Shown here: positions 27,509 through 36,745 of the stretch, piece after piece
Position numbering within the stretch: the stretch's first letter is position 1
How the letters are laid out: the number at the start of each line of letters is the position of its first letter
NCBI GenBank assembly: GCA_035938475.1
Contig: DASZGW010000045.1
Coordinates: 17,746-81,745, forward strand
Direction of reading: 5' to 3'
From: Candidatus Udaeobacter sp.
GTDB lineage: Bacteria > Verrucomicrobiota > Verrucomicrobiia > Chthoniobacterales > UBA10450
Length of the DNA stretch: 64,000 nucleotides
The notes under the pieces: model-generated
What the model saw: the letters and a program-made list of their open reading frames with translations, nothing else
The model's database searches: none
Told to the model about the DNA's origin: nothing
Program-made: the position numbers and the translations under genes

Positions 27509-28261
27509 TTAAGTCCTAAGGCCACCAAGAATCTTGTCTGCGTTCTCCAGCGTTTCTTTGCTTCCGATATCGAGCCATTTCCCCTTGGTCTGGTACGTCT
27601 TTACTGGCTTACGCGTGTAGAGCCATTGCACGAACCGGCCCGGCTGATCGGGGTTATTGCCAGCCGCAAGGTACGTGGTCAGAAGAGAGAGGACCGCAGG
27701 CGAGTAATAGTAAAGGGCAATTGCGGCCAAGGTTCCGCGCGGCTTCTGTGGTTTCTCTTCGAGGTGGGTAATGATTCCATTGTCGTCGATTAAGACGTTG
27801 CCATACTTTTTGATCGCTTCGCGATCGCCAACGTCATAGACCCCAACCGTTGCTTCGCTTCCTTTGGCGCAAACCACAAAGCCGCTGAGTGATTCAGTAA
27901 ACAAATTGTCGCCGGCAACAATGAGGAGGCTGCTTTGGCCCAAGTTCTCGCGCGTGGCTACAAAATTGATATCTCCAATTGCTCCGAGCTTGTCGTCGTC
28001 GCTCTTGGAGCCATCGTTGACAATTTTGAATTTGAATTGCGGATGTCGATCTTGATAGCCCTCGCTCCAAGCCTGAAAGTCTCCCGCGAATTTGTCGTTC
28101 GTCACTACGTAAATCGTCTCCAGATCGGGAACACCCTGAAGATTGTCCACTACCCATTCAATAATCGGCTTACCACCGACAACGAGCAGGGGCTTCGCCT
28201 TATTGAGGGTTAGGGGATAAAGGCGTGTTGCATATCCAGCCGCGAGGATTAGAGCGTTCAT
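27509..28261 (-). CDS. sugar-phosphate nucleotidyltransferase (NTP_transferase family)
   Basis: MNALILAAGYATRLYPLT..KAKPLL N-terminal motif. ATG at 28261 preferred, because the longer track ORF overlaps glnD. Confidence 0.8.
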   Translation of the reverse strand: MNALILAAGYATRLYPLTLNKAKPLLVVGGKPIIEWVVDNLQGVPDLETIYVVTNDKFAGDFQAWSEGYQDRHPQFKFKIVNDGSKSDDDKLGAIGDINFVATRENLGQSSLLIVAGDNLFTESLSGFVVCAKGSEATVGVYDVGDREAIKKYGNVLIDDNGIITHLEEKPQKPRGTLAAIALYYYSPAVLSLLTTYLAAGNNPDQPGRFVQWLYTRKPVKTYQTKGKWLDIGSKETLENADKILGGLRT

Positions 28262-28295
28262 AAGATTAAGAAAGCAGAGTCGTGCGCGCTTCTTG

Positions 28296-31064
28296 CTACT
28301 TCGATTTTGAAGCACCTCCACCGAGAATTGCATTTTGAAGACGCTGCTGGATCGCCCTGATGCGAAGCGGATCGGTAATCTTGGCACGTGTGGAACGATC
28401 CACGACATACAAAGTATCAATGGCTGCGCCAGCTTGCGTGTTGACGCGAGAAAGCGGGATCAGAAGATTTTCGCGATCAAGGCAGGTCAAGACATCGTAA
28501 AGCAAGCCGAGCCGGTCCGGTGCCTGAATCTCAATAAGCGCATGAACCGGATGCGTTTTGTTGTCGATTGCAATCCGCGTTGGAAATTCAATTCCTGTCG
28601 TAAGACGATGGCTTTGGCGCTTGGCTTTTTCGATTAACGGAAGGAAATCAAAGCTCTCGTCTTCGAGTGCTCGCCGCAAAGTTTGCTCTACCAGCGTAAA
28701 ATCGCGCTGGTGTGTAACAGGTCGTCCTTTCGTGTCACACACACGAAAAACGCACAGCACTACATTGTCCCCCCGCGGAAAGATATCAGCGCTCAAAATA
28801 TTCAACGGCACAACCGAAAATGAGCCGGCCACTTTTGCCATTATCCGTTCACGCTCCCAGGTACAGAAGATGACAACACTATGCCCCTGCTCCGGAACGG
28901 CCTTCCATTGGATTGCCGGAGCCAGCGGAAAATCCCCTCCGACATTCTCCAGAAACGACCTGAACAGTTTCAGGTGCTCGATAATCTCGGGAACGTCGCT
29001 GGCGCGAAAATAATTGTCAGGCATAAACTCAAAATGAGCTTCGATCTCTCCTGCAAAATCAGCGGGAAGTTTTGCCGTTACCGACGCCTGCAAGCTTTCC
29101 CGCTGGACTTTTGTTTGCTCGTAGTAAGACCTTTGGTCCGCAAGACACCGGGAGGTCTCGTGAAATAGCGCCCATACTAGAGATTCCTTCCAATCCGACC
29201 ACCCCTCCGCGCTTGTGCCCTGGCCATCTGCCAGAGTAAGCAGCATCAACGCGTTTAGGTTTTTCTGGTGCTTCACGATGTGCGCGAAGTCTGTCACCGT
29301 CGCCGGATCATCAAGATTTCTTTGCTGCGCGGTCTGCGAAAGCGTGAGGTGATGATCAACCAGCAGGATAAGGGACTTGCGCTGCTCGGACGACAATTGC
29401 AGACGCGCGGCGACACGCTGGGCAAACAGCGCGCTCGCTTCGGAGTGTGGCCTGGCGCCAACCGCTTTGCCGCTATCGTGTAAAAGGAGCGCGAGATAGA
29501 GCACAAATGGATCCTCCAGTTGCTCGAAAATCTTACGATAAGCGATCAACTTCGGGTCACTCGTCTGCGCCAGGGCATCAAGTTTATCGACGCACACCAA
29601 TGTATGCTCGTCGGCCGTGTAACGATGCAGAAACTCATGCTGCACCAGGCATGTAAGCTGTCCGAATTCGGGAATGTAGCGCCCCAGAAAATCGACGCGA
29701 TGCATCATTCTGAGAATGCGACCTACCCTGCCCTTTTGTGAAAGAATGTTCTTGAAGATCGCGCGCGGTCCGCGTGCATACTGATACGTGCGGGTAACCT
29801 GGCCGAGGCTCCGGCTGAGCAGATCCTCGAGCTCCGGGCTCAGATCAAGGCCGCGTTCCTGCGCGATTTCAAATGCTCGCATCATTTGCTCGGCGTCGTT
29901 GCGAAAAAGGTCACGACGCGCCGGGTGCAACTGCTTGTTGCGAACAAAGAAAAAATCTCCCACGGGAGTTTTGTGCGCTCGCATCAGCGGAAGAAAACTA
30001 AACAGAGAACGGGTCTTGCTTGTGACATATCCGCTTACAAATTGCTCCGTGATGCGTTCCGTGACCCGGAAGATATTTCGCGTGTGCTCGTAATAATCCC
30101 GCATGAGCGCCTCGCTGCGGAGCTGGCCGTTCCCAGAAGAACAATCGAGCCGTTTTGCGATCTGTTCCTGCAAACTAATGTGAAGAATGTCGGTCGCGCG
30201 TCCCGTCGCGTAATGCAAGGCGGTGCGCAAACGCAGGAGAAAATCGTACGCCTTTTCTATCCGGCGCTGGTCGCTTTCGCTCAGCCAGTCTTTTCCCACA
30301 AGCTGGTTCGTGCTCAGTGAACCCTCTCTGAAATAGGTCATCCAAAGAAGGTTTTGATAATCGCGCAGGCCGCCGCATCCACTTTTCAGGTTCGGTTCCT
30401 GGAGATAGACACTGTCACCGAATTTCTTGTGCCGGGCGACCTGATCTTGCATGCGCAGCTCCACGTATTCTCGTTCATATCCGTTGACACACCTCGAACG
30501 AAATTGCCGCCGAAATTCCCGTGCCAGCTCGGCGTCGCCCGCGAGAAACCGCGATTCCAGCATGGCAGTCTTTGTGCGCATGTCCTGATTCGCTTGAGCG
30601 ACCGCTTCTTTGATCGAGCGCGTGGAGTGTCCAACCTTGAAACCGCTGTCCCATAGAAGATAAAGAACTTGCTCCACCATCTCCTCCAGATGTGGCGAAA
30701 TCCCTTTCTTTTCCTGATGATGTAAAAGCATCACGTCGATGTCACTAAACGGGTTCAGCTCGCCCCGGCCATATCCACCAAGAGCGACTAAGGCCAGTGG
30801 GACTTTGGCGGCCCCGTTTCCGCGAGCAGAGGTTGCAGCAGCCCCGAAAACATACTGCAATAAAACGTCAACCAGCTCAGCGCGCCGGGAACAAATTTCA
30901 CGGCCACCGCCACCCGCCTGATGTTTCAGGCGCAATCGATGCTCCTCGACCTTGAGAAACTTCTTGTAAAGCGGAAGGACTTCGGTTGGGCGTCTTGCAC
31001 CTGTCGCTGCAAGACGGCTTGCGGCATGCGCCAAAACCTGCTCCAGATGACGGGACGTTTTCAT
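28296..31064 (-). CDS. glnD: [protein-PII] uridylyltransferase / uridylyl-removing enzyme
   Basis: Nucleotidyltransferase motif (GGYGRGELNPFSDIDV), HD domain (LLLHDSGK), two C-terminal ACT domains. ATG at 31064 preferred over the TTG at 31070. Confidence 0.9.
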   Translation of the reverse strand: MKTSRHLEQVLAHAASRLAATGARRPTEVLPLYKKFLKVEEHRLRLKHQAGGGGREICSRRAELVDVLLQYVFGAAATSARGNGAAKVPLALVALGGYGRGELNPFSDIDVMLLHHQEKKGISPHLEEMVEQVLYLLWDSGFKVGHSTRSIKEAVAQANQDMRTKTAMLESRFLAGDAELAREFRRQFRSRCVNGYEREYVELRMQDQVARHKKFGDSVYLQEPNLKSGCGGLRDYQNLLWMTYFREGSLSTNQLVGKDWLSESDQRRIEKAYDFLLRLRTALHYATGRATDILHISLQEQIAKRLDCSSGNGQLRSEALMRDYYEHTRNIFRVTERITEQFVSGYVTSKTRSLFSFLPLMRAHKTPVGDFFFVRNKQLHPARRDLFRNDAEQMMRAFEIAQERGLDLSPELEDLLSRSLGQVTRTYQYARGPRAIFKNILSQKGRVGRILRMMHRVDFLGRYIPEFGQLTCLVQHEFLHRYTADEHTLVCVDKLDALAQTSDPKLIAYRKIFEQLEDPFVLYLALLLHDSGKAVGARPHSEASALFAQRVAARLQLSSEQRKSLILLVDHHLTLSQTAQQRNLDDPATVTDFAHIVKHQKNLNALMLLTLADGQGTSAEGWSDWKESLVWALFHETSRCLADQRSYYEQTKVQRESLQASVTAKLPADFAGEIEAHFEFMPDNYFRASDVPEIIEHLKLFRSFLENVGGDFPLAPAIQWKAVPEQGHSVVIFCTWERERIMAKVAGSFSVVPLNILSADIFPRGDNVVLCVFRVCDTKGRPVTHQRDFTLVEQTLRRALEDESFDFLPLIEKAKRQSHRLTTGIEFPTRIAIDNKTHPVHALIEIQAPDRLGLLYDVLTCLDRENLLIPLSRVNTQAGAAIDTLYVVDRSTRAKITDPLRIRAIQQRLQNAILGGGASKSK

Positions 31065-31195
31065 CGGCAATTCGGATTGCTGTTCAATCTAAAATTGGAT
31101 CTTGAAAATCCAAATCCATCTCAGACGGAGAAGAAGCAATCGGTCAGTGACGACTGCCTTCACCCTGGTGACAAGACCTTATGCCCCGCCGAGAT

Positions 31196-31726
31196 TCAAT
31201 ATTTCAAGAATGAAGTGACCGGTGTCGGCTCGAGCTGCTTACGGCCATGGAGGAATTCCAACTCAATGAGAAACTGTGCTTCGAGGAGACGTCCCCCCGC
31301 CTTGCGAATGAGGACCGCCGCAGCGGCAGAAGTGCCGCCCGTGGCCAGCAAATCATCAACCAGGACAATTTGTTCCCCCACGTTAATAGCATCGACGTGC
31401 ATCTCCATTTCCGCTGCGCCGTACTCAAGCGAGTAACTGGCGATCTCAGTCTGGAAAGGAAGCTTGCCACGCTTCCGGATCGGAACGAAACCGACACCGA
31501 GCTCATAGGCCACCGCCGATCCAAAGAGAAACCCGCGCGCATCGATCCCAACGATCTTATCAACCCTTCTCCCGCGGCAACGATCCAAAAACAGATCGAT
31601 GGACGCATGGAAAAGGGCGGGATCACCCAAGACCGGCGTAATATCTTTAAATACGATGCCTTTCTTCGGAAAATCGGGCACATCCCGTACTGCGGCGCGG
31701 AGTCTCTCAAGTGTGTCTAAAGCCAT
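31196..31726 (-). CDS. apt: adenine phosphoribosyltransferase
   Basis: DFPKKGIVFKDITP and the PRPP-binding motif VLVDDLLATGGT. ATG at 31726 preferred. Confidence 0.9.
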   Translation of the reverse strand: MALDTLERLRAAVRDVPDFPKKGIVFKDITPVLGDPALFHASIDLFLDRCRGRRVDKIVGIDARGFLFGSAVAYELGVGFVPIRKRGKLPFQTEIASYSLEYGAAEMEMHVDAINVGEQIVLVDDLLATGGTSAAAAVLIRKAGGRLLEAQFLIELEFLHGRKQLEPTPVTSFLKY

Positions 31727-31860
31727 CCGCGCGAATGCTAGCGGGCTGTTGCAAAACGTCAATCGGGCTCAGTCATGACAAACCCACAACGAGGACGCGC
31801 CACGCCCTATTTGGAGCTACGTCAGCAGGCTTCGTGAAGCGAGGCTAACCACAGCACAGA

Positions 31861-32697
31861 TTGCCAAGCAGGGAGCCTGCTCTTACAGTAGGTTTCCTTA
31901 GAGTGGATCGAGATCTTCTCATCATTTCGACAATGTGTTTTCTCGCGGCAGTCGCGCGCACCGCGGTCGCTCTGCGCGCCGGAGTTTTTCGACCAGGAAG
32001 ATTTGATTTTCTCGCGATTGGACTAGGCTTTCTTTTTCAAACGGCGTTTTTGTCGATCCGCGGTCATGCGCTGGGACGTTGTCCCCTGACGAACATGTTT
32101 GAGGTGTTTATCTTTCTCGCCTGGTCGGTAGCCCTCATTTACATGCTGGTCGGCCCAGCCTACCGTCTCTCACTCATGGGCGCGTTCACGGCGCCGCTGG
32201 TCGTCCTGCTGCAAGGCCTTGCGTTGATTGCGCCAATCGATGTTCGTCATCCAGTCAAGGTGACCGCCAATTCTCCGTTGGAATTTCATGCATCGGTTTC
32301 GCTGGTGGCCTATGGCGCCTTCGCACTCGCCTGCATCGCTGGGGTAATGTATCTGGTGCAGGAGCGCCAACTCAAGACACATCAATTGCGTTCGATTTTT
32401 TATTACCTGCCGCCGCTCACTGATCTCTTCGCGGCAATCACCCGCCTGCTTTGGTTGGGTTTCATTCTGTATACCGCCGGGATTGCCAGCGGCTTTTTTA
32501 CGGGGCGACCCTTGCCACACGTGCAAGTAGTGGCTGCGATTGCCGTTTGGTTGCTTTATGCAGCGATCCTGCAAGGCCGGTATTTTCGGCGAATCGCGCC
32601 AAAGCGAGTTGCGGCGCTTTGCATTATCGGATTTAGCGCAGCTTTAACGCTTCTCTGGGGAATCACGTTCTCAGCGCAGACGCACTCTGTCCCATGA
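31861..32697 (+). CDS. cytochrome c assembly family (HemX/CcsA-like) integral membrane protein
   Basis: Eight predicted TM segments. Located immediately upstream of hemA with an ATGA stop/start overlap, as for HemX-type genes. No W-rich heme-handling motif seen. Start uncertain (TTG 31861 or ATG 31933). Confidence 0.6.
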   Translation: MPSREPALTVGFLRVDRDLLIISTMCFLAAVARTAVALRAGVFRPGRFDFLAIGLGFLFQTAFLSIRGHALGRCPLTNMFEVFIFLAWSVALIYMLVGPAYRLSLMGAFTAPLVVLLQGLALIAPIDVRHPVKVTANSPLEFHASVSLVAYGAFALACIAGVMYLVQERQLKTHQLRSIFYYLPPLTDLFAAITRLLWLGFILYTAGIASGFFTGRPLPHVQVVAAIAVWLLYAAILQGRYFRRIAPKRVAALCIIGFSAALTLLWGITFSAQTHSVP

Positions 32698-33770
32698 ACT
32701 TTTTCTGCGTCGGCCTGAGTCATCACACTGCCAATGTAGAAACGCGAGAACGTTTCGCCGGCGGCGCTGGCGCGGAATGTACTCTTCGCGCTGCAGGCTG
32801 CGCGGAAGCAGTGATGCTCGCCACCTGTAACCGCGTCGAAGTCTATGTCGCGTCAGAGAAGCGCGTGTCAACGAATGAGATTGCTCAATGCTTATTGCAA
32901 AACGGTGAGGTCAATGACCGCGGCCACAGTAGTGCGTTGCCGTTTTACCGTTACGAAGCTGAAAAGTGCGTACAACATCTATTCCGAGTTGCATCCGGAC
33001 TTGATTCGATGGTCGTAGGCGAGACAGAAATTCTTGGACAAACAAAAAAGGCTTATCAATTTGCGCGCGCCTCTGGCGCGGTTGGCCCCTGCCTTCATCG
33101 GTTGTTTCAACGGGCCTTTCGTGTGGCGAAGCAGGTCCGCACGCACACCGAAATCACGCGTGGGTCGGTGTCAGTTGGCTCCGTTGCGGTCGATCTGGCT
33201 CAGAAAATTTTCGGTGAACTTGGCAATTGTAAAGTCTTGGTTTTGGGAGCTGGTGAAACGAGCGAGCGCACCGCACGCGCGCTCATTTCCCGAGGTGTCA
33301 GCGATCTGCGCGTGAGCAATCGCTCAAATGATCGCGGCCAGGAGTTGGCACAACGAGTAGGTGGCCAGGCCGTCCTGTTCGATAAGTGGCCGCAGCAATG
33401 CCGCGAGATCGATATCCTGATTACGTCGACTTCTTCGGAAACTCCGTTACTGACCCCAACAAATCTGGGACCCATGTTGGCCAATCGCATCGATCGTCCG
33501 CTTTTCATCATCGATATCGCCGTTCCGCGAGATGTCGATTCCGCAGTGAACGAGATGCAAGGTGTCTATCTTTACGATATCGATGCGTTGCGGTCTGTAG
33601 CGGAGCAGTCGCTGGCAGTGCGCCGGCAGCAAATAGCTTCTGCCGAAGCGATCATTGCCGAACATCTCGCAGATTTCCTCGAGAAAGTTTCGAACGAACT
33701 AAATCGCGTCTCGCGGATCGCCGCGGATCCGACGGTCGCTGATACTTCATTACACGCATCGCAGCTTTAG
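32694..33770 (+). CDS. hemA: glutamyl-tRNA reductase (short form)
   Basis: Catalytic ATCNRVEVY, GETEILGQ, NADPH motif VLGAGETS. At 358 aa, most of the usual C-terminal dimerisation region appears to be absent. Confidence 0.9.
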   Translation: MNFFCVGLSHHTANVETRERFAGGAGAECTLRAAGCAEAVMLATCNRVEVYVASEKRVSTNEIAQCLLQNGEVNDRGHSSALPFYRYEAEKCVQHLFRVASGLDSMVVGETEILGQTKKAYQFARASGAVGPCLHRLFQRAFRVAKQVRTHTEITRGSVSVGSVAVDLAQKIFGELGNCKVLVLGAGETSERTARALISRGVSDLRVSNRSNDRGQELAQRVGGQAVLFDKWPQQCREIDILITSTSSETPLLTPTNLGPMLANRIDRPLFIIDIAVPRDVDSAVNEMQGVYLYDIDALRSVAEQSLAVRRQQIASAEAIIAEHLADFLEKVSNELNRVSRIAADPTVADTSLHASQL

Positions 33771-33818
33771 GGAAGCAGGTAGCTTTCCCCATTTCGCTAT
33801 CGCCAACTACATTCCGCG

Positions 33819-34769
33819 ATGACGAGAAAAATCATCCTTGGCACGCGGGGCAGCGAGCTCGCACGTGCGCAAGCCAGGTTGGTTGAAAAAGCAATTCAAG
33901 CGGCGCAACCGGACGCAAAAATCGAAACAAGAATCATCACGACACGAGGCGACAAAGCCAGGATTCTTGAGCGTCAAGCTGGTCGCAAAGGATTGTTCAC
34001 CGCAGAGATCGAGCAGGCCCTTCTTGCCGGCAACGTCGATGTCGCGGTCCACAGTGCAAAAGATCTTCCAAGTGAAACAAACCCGGACGCAGAAATTAGT
34101 GCGGTTCTTCCTCGCGGACCGATGGATGACGTGCTGGTTTCGAAACATCCGGGCGGTTTCGCTTCGTTGCCGCACAGCGGCACCGTCGCGACAGGCAGTG
34201 TGAGAAGGAAACGCCAATTGCTCTGGAAACGCGCAGATCTCAAACTCGTCGACCTTCGCGGAAACGTTCCAACGCGATTGCGCAAACTGACCAATAACAA
34301 TTGGGATGCCATCGTGCTGGCTCGCGCAGGGCTTGCACGGCTCAGCCTATCGCCCGCTCATCACGAGCTGAGTTTCGAGGGCAGACAATTGTCCATTGAA
34401 GTCCTTCCACCCGACGTTTTTTTGCCTGCGGGTGGTCAGGGAATCATTGCGCTTCAAGTTCGTGCTAATGATGAAACCGTGAAGGCGATCGTCGATCTCG
34501 TGAACGATCACAAGACATTGCTTTGTTTGCGAGCAGAGCGAGAGTTTCTGCGTTTGTTGCACGGCGACTGCAATTGTCCGGTGGGCGTGCTGGCGACAAT
34601 TGAGGGCGACAAGATGAAACTGAGGGCTCAATTGTTTACTGATCAATCAGCAGCACCACAGGAGGCTGAAGTGGAAGGTGTTCATAATGAGCGCGAACGT
34701 CTAGCGGTGCAGCTATTAAATCGATTGCAAGCACCGGCCTTCGAACAAGGCTACGGCTTACCAGGTTGA
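33819..34769 (+). CDS. hemC: hydroxymethylbilane synthase (porphobilinogen deaminase)
   Basis: LGTRGSELA..Q, HSAKDLP, RGNV.TRL, and the cofactor Cys region GDCNCPVG. Confidence 0.9.
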   Translation: MTRKIILGTRGSELARAQARLVEKAIQAAQPDAKIETRIITTRGDKARILERQAGRKGLFTAEIEQALLAGNVDVAVHSAKDLPSETNPDAEISAVLPRGPMDDVLVSKHPGGFASLPHSGTVATGSVRRKRQLLWKRADLKLVDLRGNVPTRLRKLTNNNWDAIVLARAGLARLSLSPAHHELSFEGRQLSIEVLPPDVFLPAGGQGIIALQVRANDETVKAIVDLVNDHKTLLCLRAEREFLRLLHGDCNCPVGVLATIEGDKMKLRAQLFTDQSAAPQEAEVEGVHNERERLAVQLLNRLQAPAFEQGYGLPG

Positions 34770-34771
34770 GC

Positions 34772-36301
34772 ATGGGTAAGACTGGCAAGGTTTATCTCGT
34801 TGGTGCCGGCCCGGGCGACCCCGGCTTGGTAACATTACGTGCCAAGGAGTGCATCGAGAATGCGGACGTGATCATTTACGATCACCTTGCAAATCCCGAG
34901 ATGCTCGGCTGGGCGCGGGACGACGCTGAAATCATTTATGTCGGCAAAACGCCTGGCGAATCGCGGACCAACCAGAATGAAATTAATGCGTTGCTGATCG
35001 AGAAAGCGCACGAAGGGAAGCAGGTCGTTCGGTTGAAAGGCGGGGATCCCTTCGTGTTTGGTCGAGGCGCTGAAGAAGCGCAGGCGATCGCCGAAGCAGG
35101 TATTCCATTCGAAGTTGTGCCCGGAATCACCTCATCCATTGCCGGGCCAGCTTATGCAGGTATTCCCATGACGCATCGGACGCACAATTCCCATGTGACA
35201 TTCTTCACGGGACACGAAGATCCGGCGAAGACAGAAAGTGCAATCGATTACGCAGCGCTGGCGAAACTTGGCGGGACCCAGGTAATGTTGATGGGCGTGG
35301 AACGCCTCGGGTCGATCACGAGCGAAATGCTGAAGCACGGTGTACGCGGCGACTTGCCGGTAGCGCTTGTTCGCTGGGCGACTACTGGACAACAAGAAAC
35401 GCTCACCGGTACACTTCGCGATATTGCCCAGAAGGCGGTCGCGAATAGTTTTACGGCGCCTGCAGTCGCAGTATTTGGGGAAGTTGTCGCATTGCGAGAC
35501 AAGCTCAATTGGTACGAGAAGCGGCCGCTCCTTGGTAACACAATTGTCGTTACGCGAACAAGAAAACAAGCCAGCGTGTTAAGCAGCAAGCTGCGCTCGT
35601 TGGGTGCTAACGTTATCGAACTGCCCACCATTCGCATCGAGCCACCGAGTGATTTACGCGAATTCGCAGAACTTGTGCAGCACGCGCACAACTACGACTG
35701 GATTGTGTTTACCAGCGCAAACGGGGTTGAAGCTTTTTTCAATATTTTCTTCAAACTATACGATGATACGCGCGAAATCGGCGGCGCCCGGCTTGCCGCC
35801 ATCGGTCCGGCTACGGCTCAACGGGTGAAAGACTTTTATCTGCATGTCGATCTTCAGCCGAAAGAATTCGTTGCTGAGGACGTCGTACGTGAATTCAAAA
35901 AGCAGGGAAGCATCGAAAATTTGAAGATTCTCTTGGTGCGCGCGGAAAAAGCGCGGGAGGTGCTTCCAAAAGAGCTCTCGGCCCTGGGAGCGATCGTGGA
36001 TGAAGCATTCGCATATCGGACCGTGCCCGAGACGAACGACACGAGCGGGGCGCGGCAACAACTGGCGAAGAACGGGGCCGATTTAATTACCTTCACCAGT
36101 TCTTCAACCGTGGAAAATTTTCTCGCCCTAGGGCTACCCTGGCCGAAAAGAATGCAAGTTGCCAGCATTGGCCCAATCACGTCGCAGACAGCGCGCGACA
36201 ATGGTTTGAAGGTCGAAATCGAAGCAAAGCGCCACGACATTGACGGTCTGGTAGAAGCAATCGGCGCCTTCTTTGCCGGGAAGGCTGCTAAGAATCGTTA
36301 G
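34772..36301 (+). CDS. cobA-hemD: fused uroporphyrinogen-III C-methyltransferase / uroporphyrinogen-III synthase
   Basis: N-terminal SUMT domain (VYLVGAGPGDPGL.TL.A) and C-terminal HemD-like domain (VVTR..Q.S.L...L..LGA.V.E.P.I). ATG at 34772, just after the hemC stop. Confidence 0.85.
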   Translation: MGKTGKVYLVGAGPGDPGLVTLRAKECIENADVIIYDHLANPEMLGWARDDAEIIYVGKTPGESRTNQNEINALLIEKAHEGKQVVRLKGGDPFVFGRGAEEAQAIAEAGIPFEVVPGITSSIAGPAYAGIPMTHRTHNSHVTFFTGHEDPAKTESAIDYAALAKLGGTQVMLMGVERLGSITSEMLKHGVRGDLPVALVRWATTGQQETLTGTLRDIAQKAVANSFTAPAVAVFGEVVALRDKLNWYEKRPLLGNTIVVTRTRKQASVLSSKLRSLGANVIELPTIRIEPPSDLREFAELVQHAHNYDWIVFTSANGVEAFFNIFFKLYDDTREIGGARLAAIGPATAQRVKDFYLHVDLQPKEFVAEDVVREFKKQGSIENLKILLVRAEKAREVLPKELSALGAIVDEAFAYRTVPETNDTSGARQQLAKNGADLITFTSSSTVENFLALGLPWPKRMQVASIGPITSQTARDNGLKVEIEAKRHDIDGLVEAIGAFFAGKAAKNR

Positions 36302-36312
36302 AATTGGAACTA

Positions 36313-36391
36313 GTTAAAAAGTTAAATTGGGTGTCAGAAATGCCTCTTACCCAAACAACCTTTTAACTTTGCAATATTTTAACTTTTTAAC
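36313..36391. repeat. AT-rich 14-bp inverted repeat (gttaaaaagttaaa ... tttaactttttaac) between convergent cobA-hemD and rpsU
   Basis: Arms at 36313-36326 and 36378-36391, plus an extra direct ttttaacttt copy at 36361. Arm 2 overlaps the rpsU stop codon. Possibly a bidirectional terminator or a binding site. Confidence 0.5.
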
Positions 36392-36587
36392 CTTGTGGAT
36401 TAAATCGGAACTTGGTTCGACCGCGCTTGGCGTTGGCTTTGGCTTTGCGACGATGCTTCTGCGAAGGCGTCTCGAAGGCGCGCAAACGGCGGACCTCCTC
36501 GAGAATGCCCTCGGCATCCAGCTTGTTCTTCAGCCGCTTCAACGCGCGATCGACGGGCTCACCTTTGCGAACGATCACTTCTGGCAT
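36387..36587 (-). CDS. rpsU: 30S ribosomal protein S21
   Basis: MPEVIVRKGEPVDRALKRLK..RR..FE.PS.K.RRK. AGGAG Shine-Dalgarno sequence upstream of the ATG at 36587. Confidence 0.9.
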   Translation of the reverse strand: MPEVIVRKGEPVDRALKRLKNKLDAEGILEEVRRLRAFETPSQKHRRKAKANAKRGRTKFRFNPQG

Positions 36588-36745
36588 CAATAATCACTCC
36601 TGACTTTAGCGATAGACTCCTAATCGGCGAGCGGGAGCCTACTCGGCCCCAGCGGCGGCGTCAAATCTGCTCGAAAAGGGCCTCCGGGAATCGCTGCGGG
36701 CGTCCAGGCCCAGCGGTGGCAATGGGCTTGGACTTCAAAAACGGC

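Noticed and set aside
31204-31720. Two alternative-frame ORFs (31204-31710 on the minus strand and 31247-31720 on the plus strand) overlapping apt.
   Set aside because: The apt frame carries the canonical PRPP-binding motif. The alternatives have no motifs and are typical overlapping-frame artefacts.
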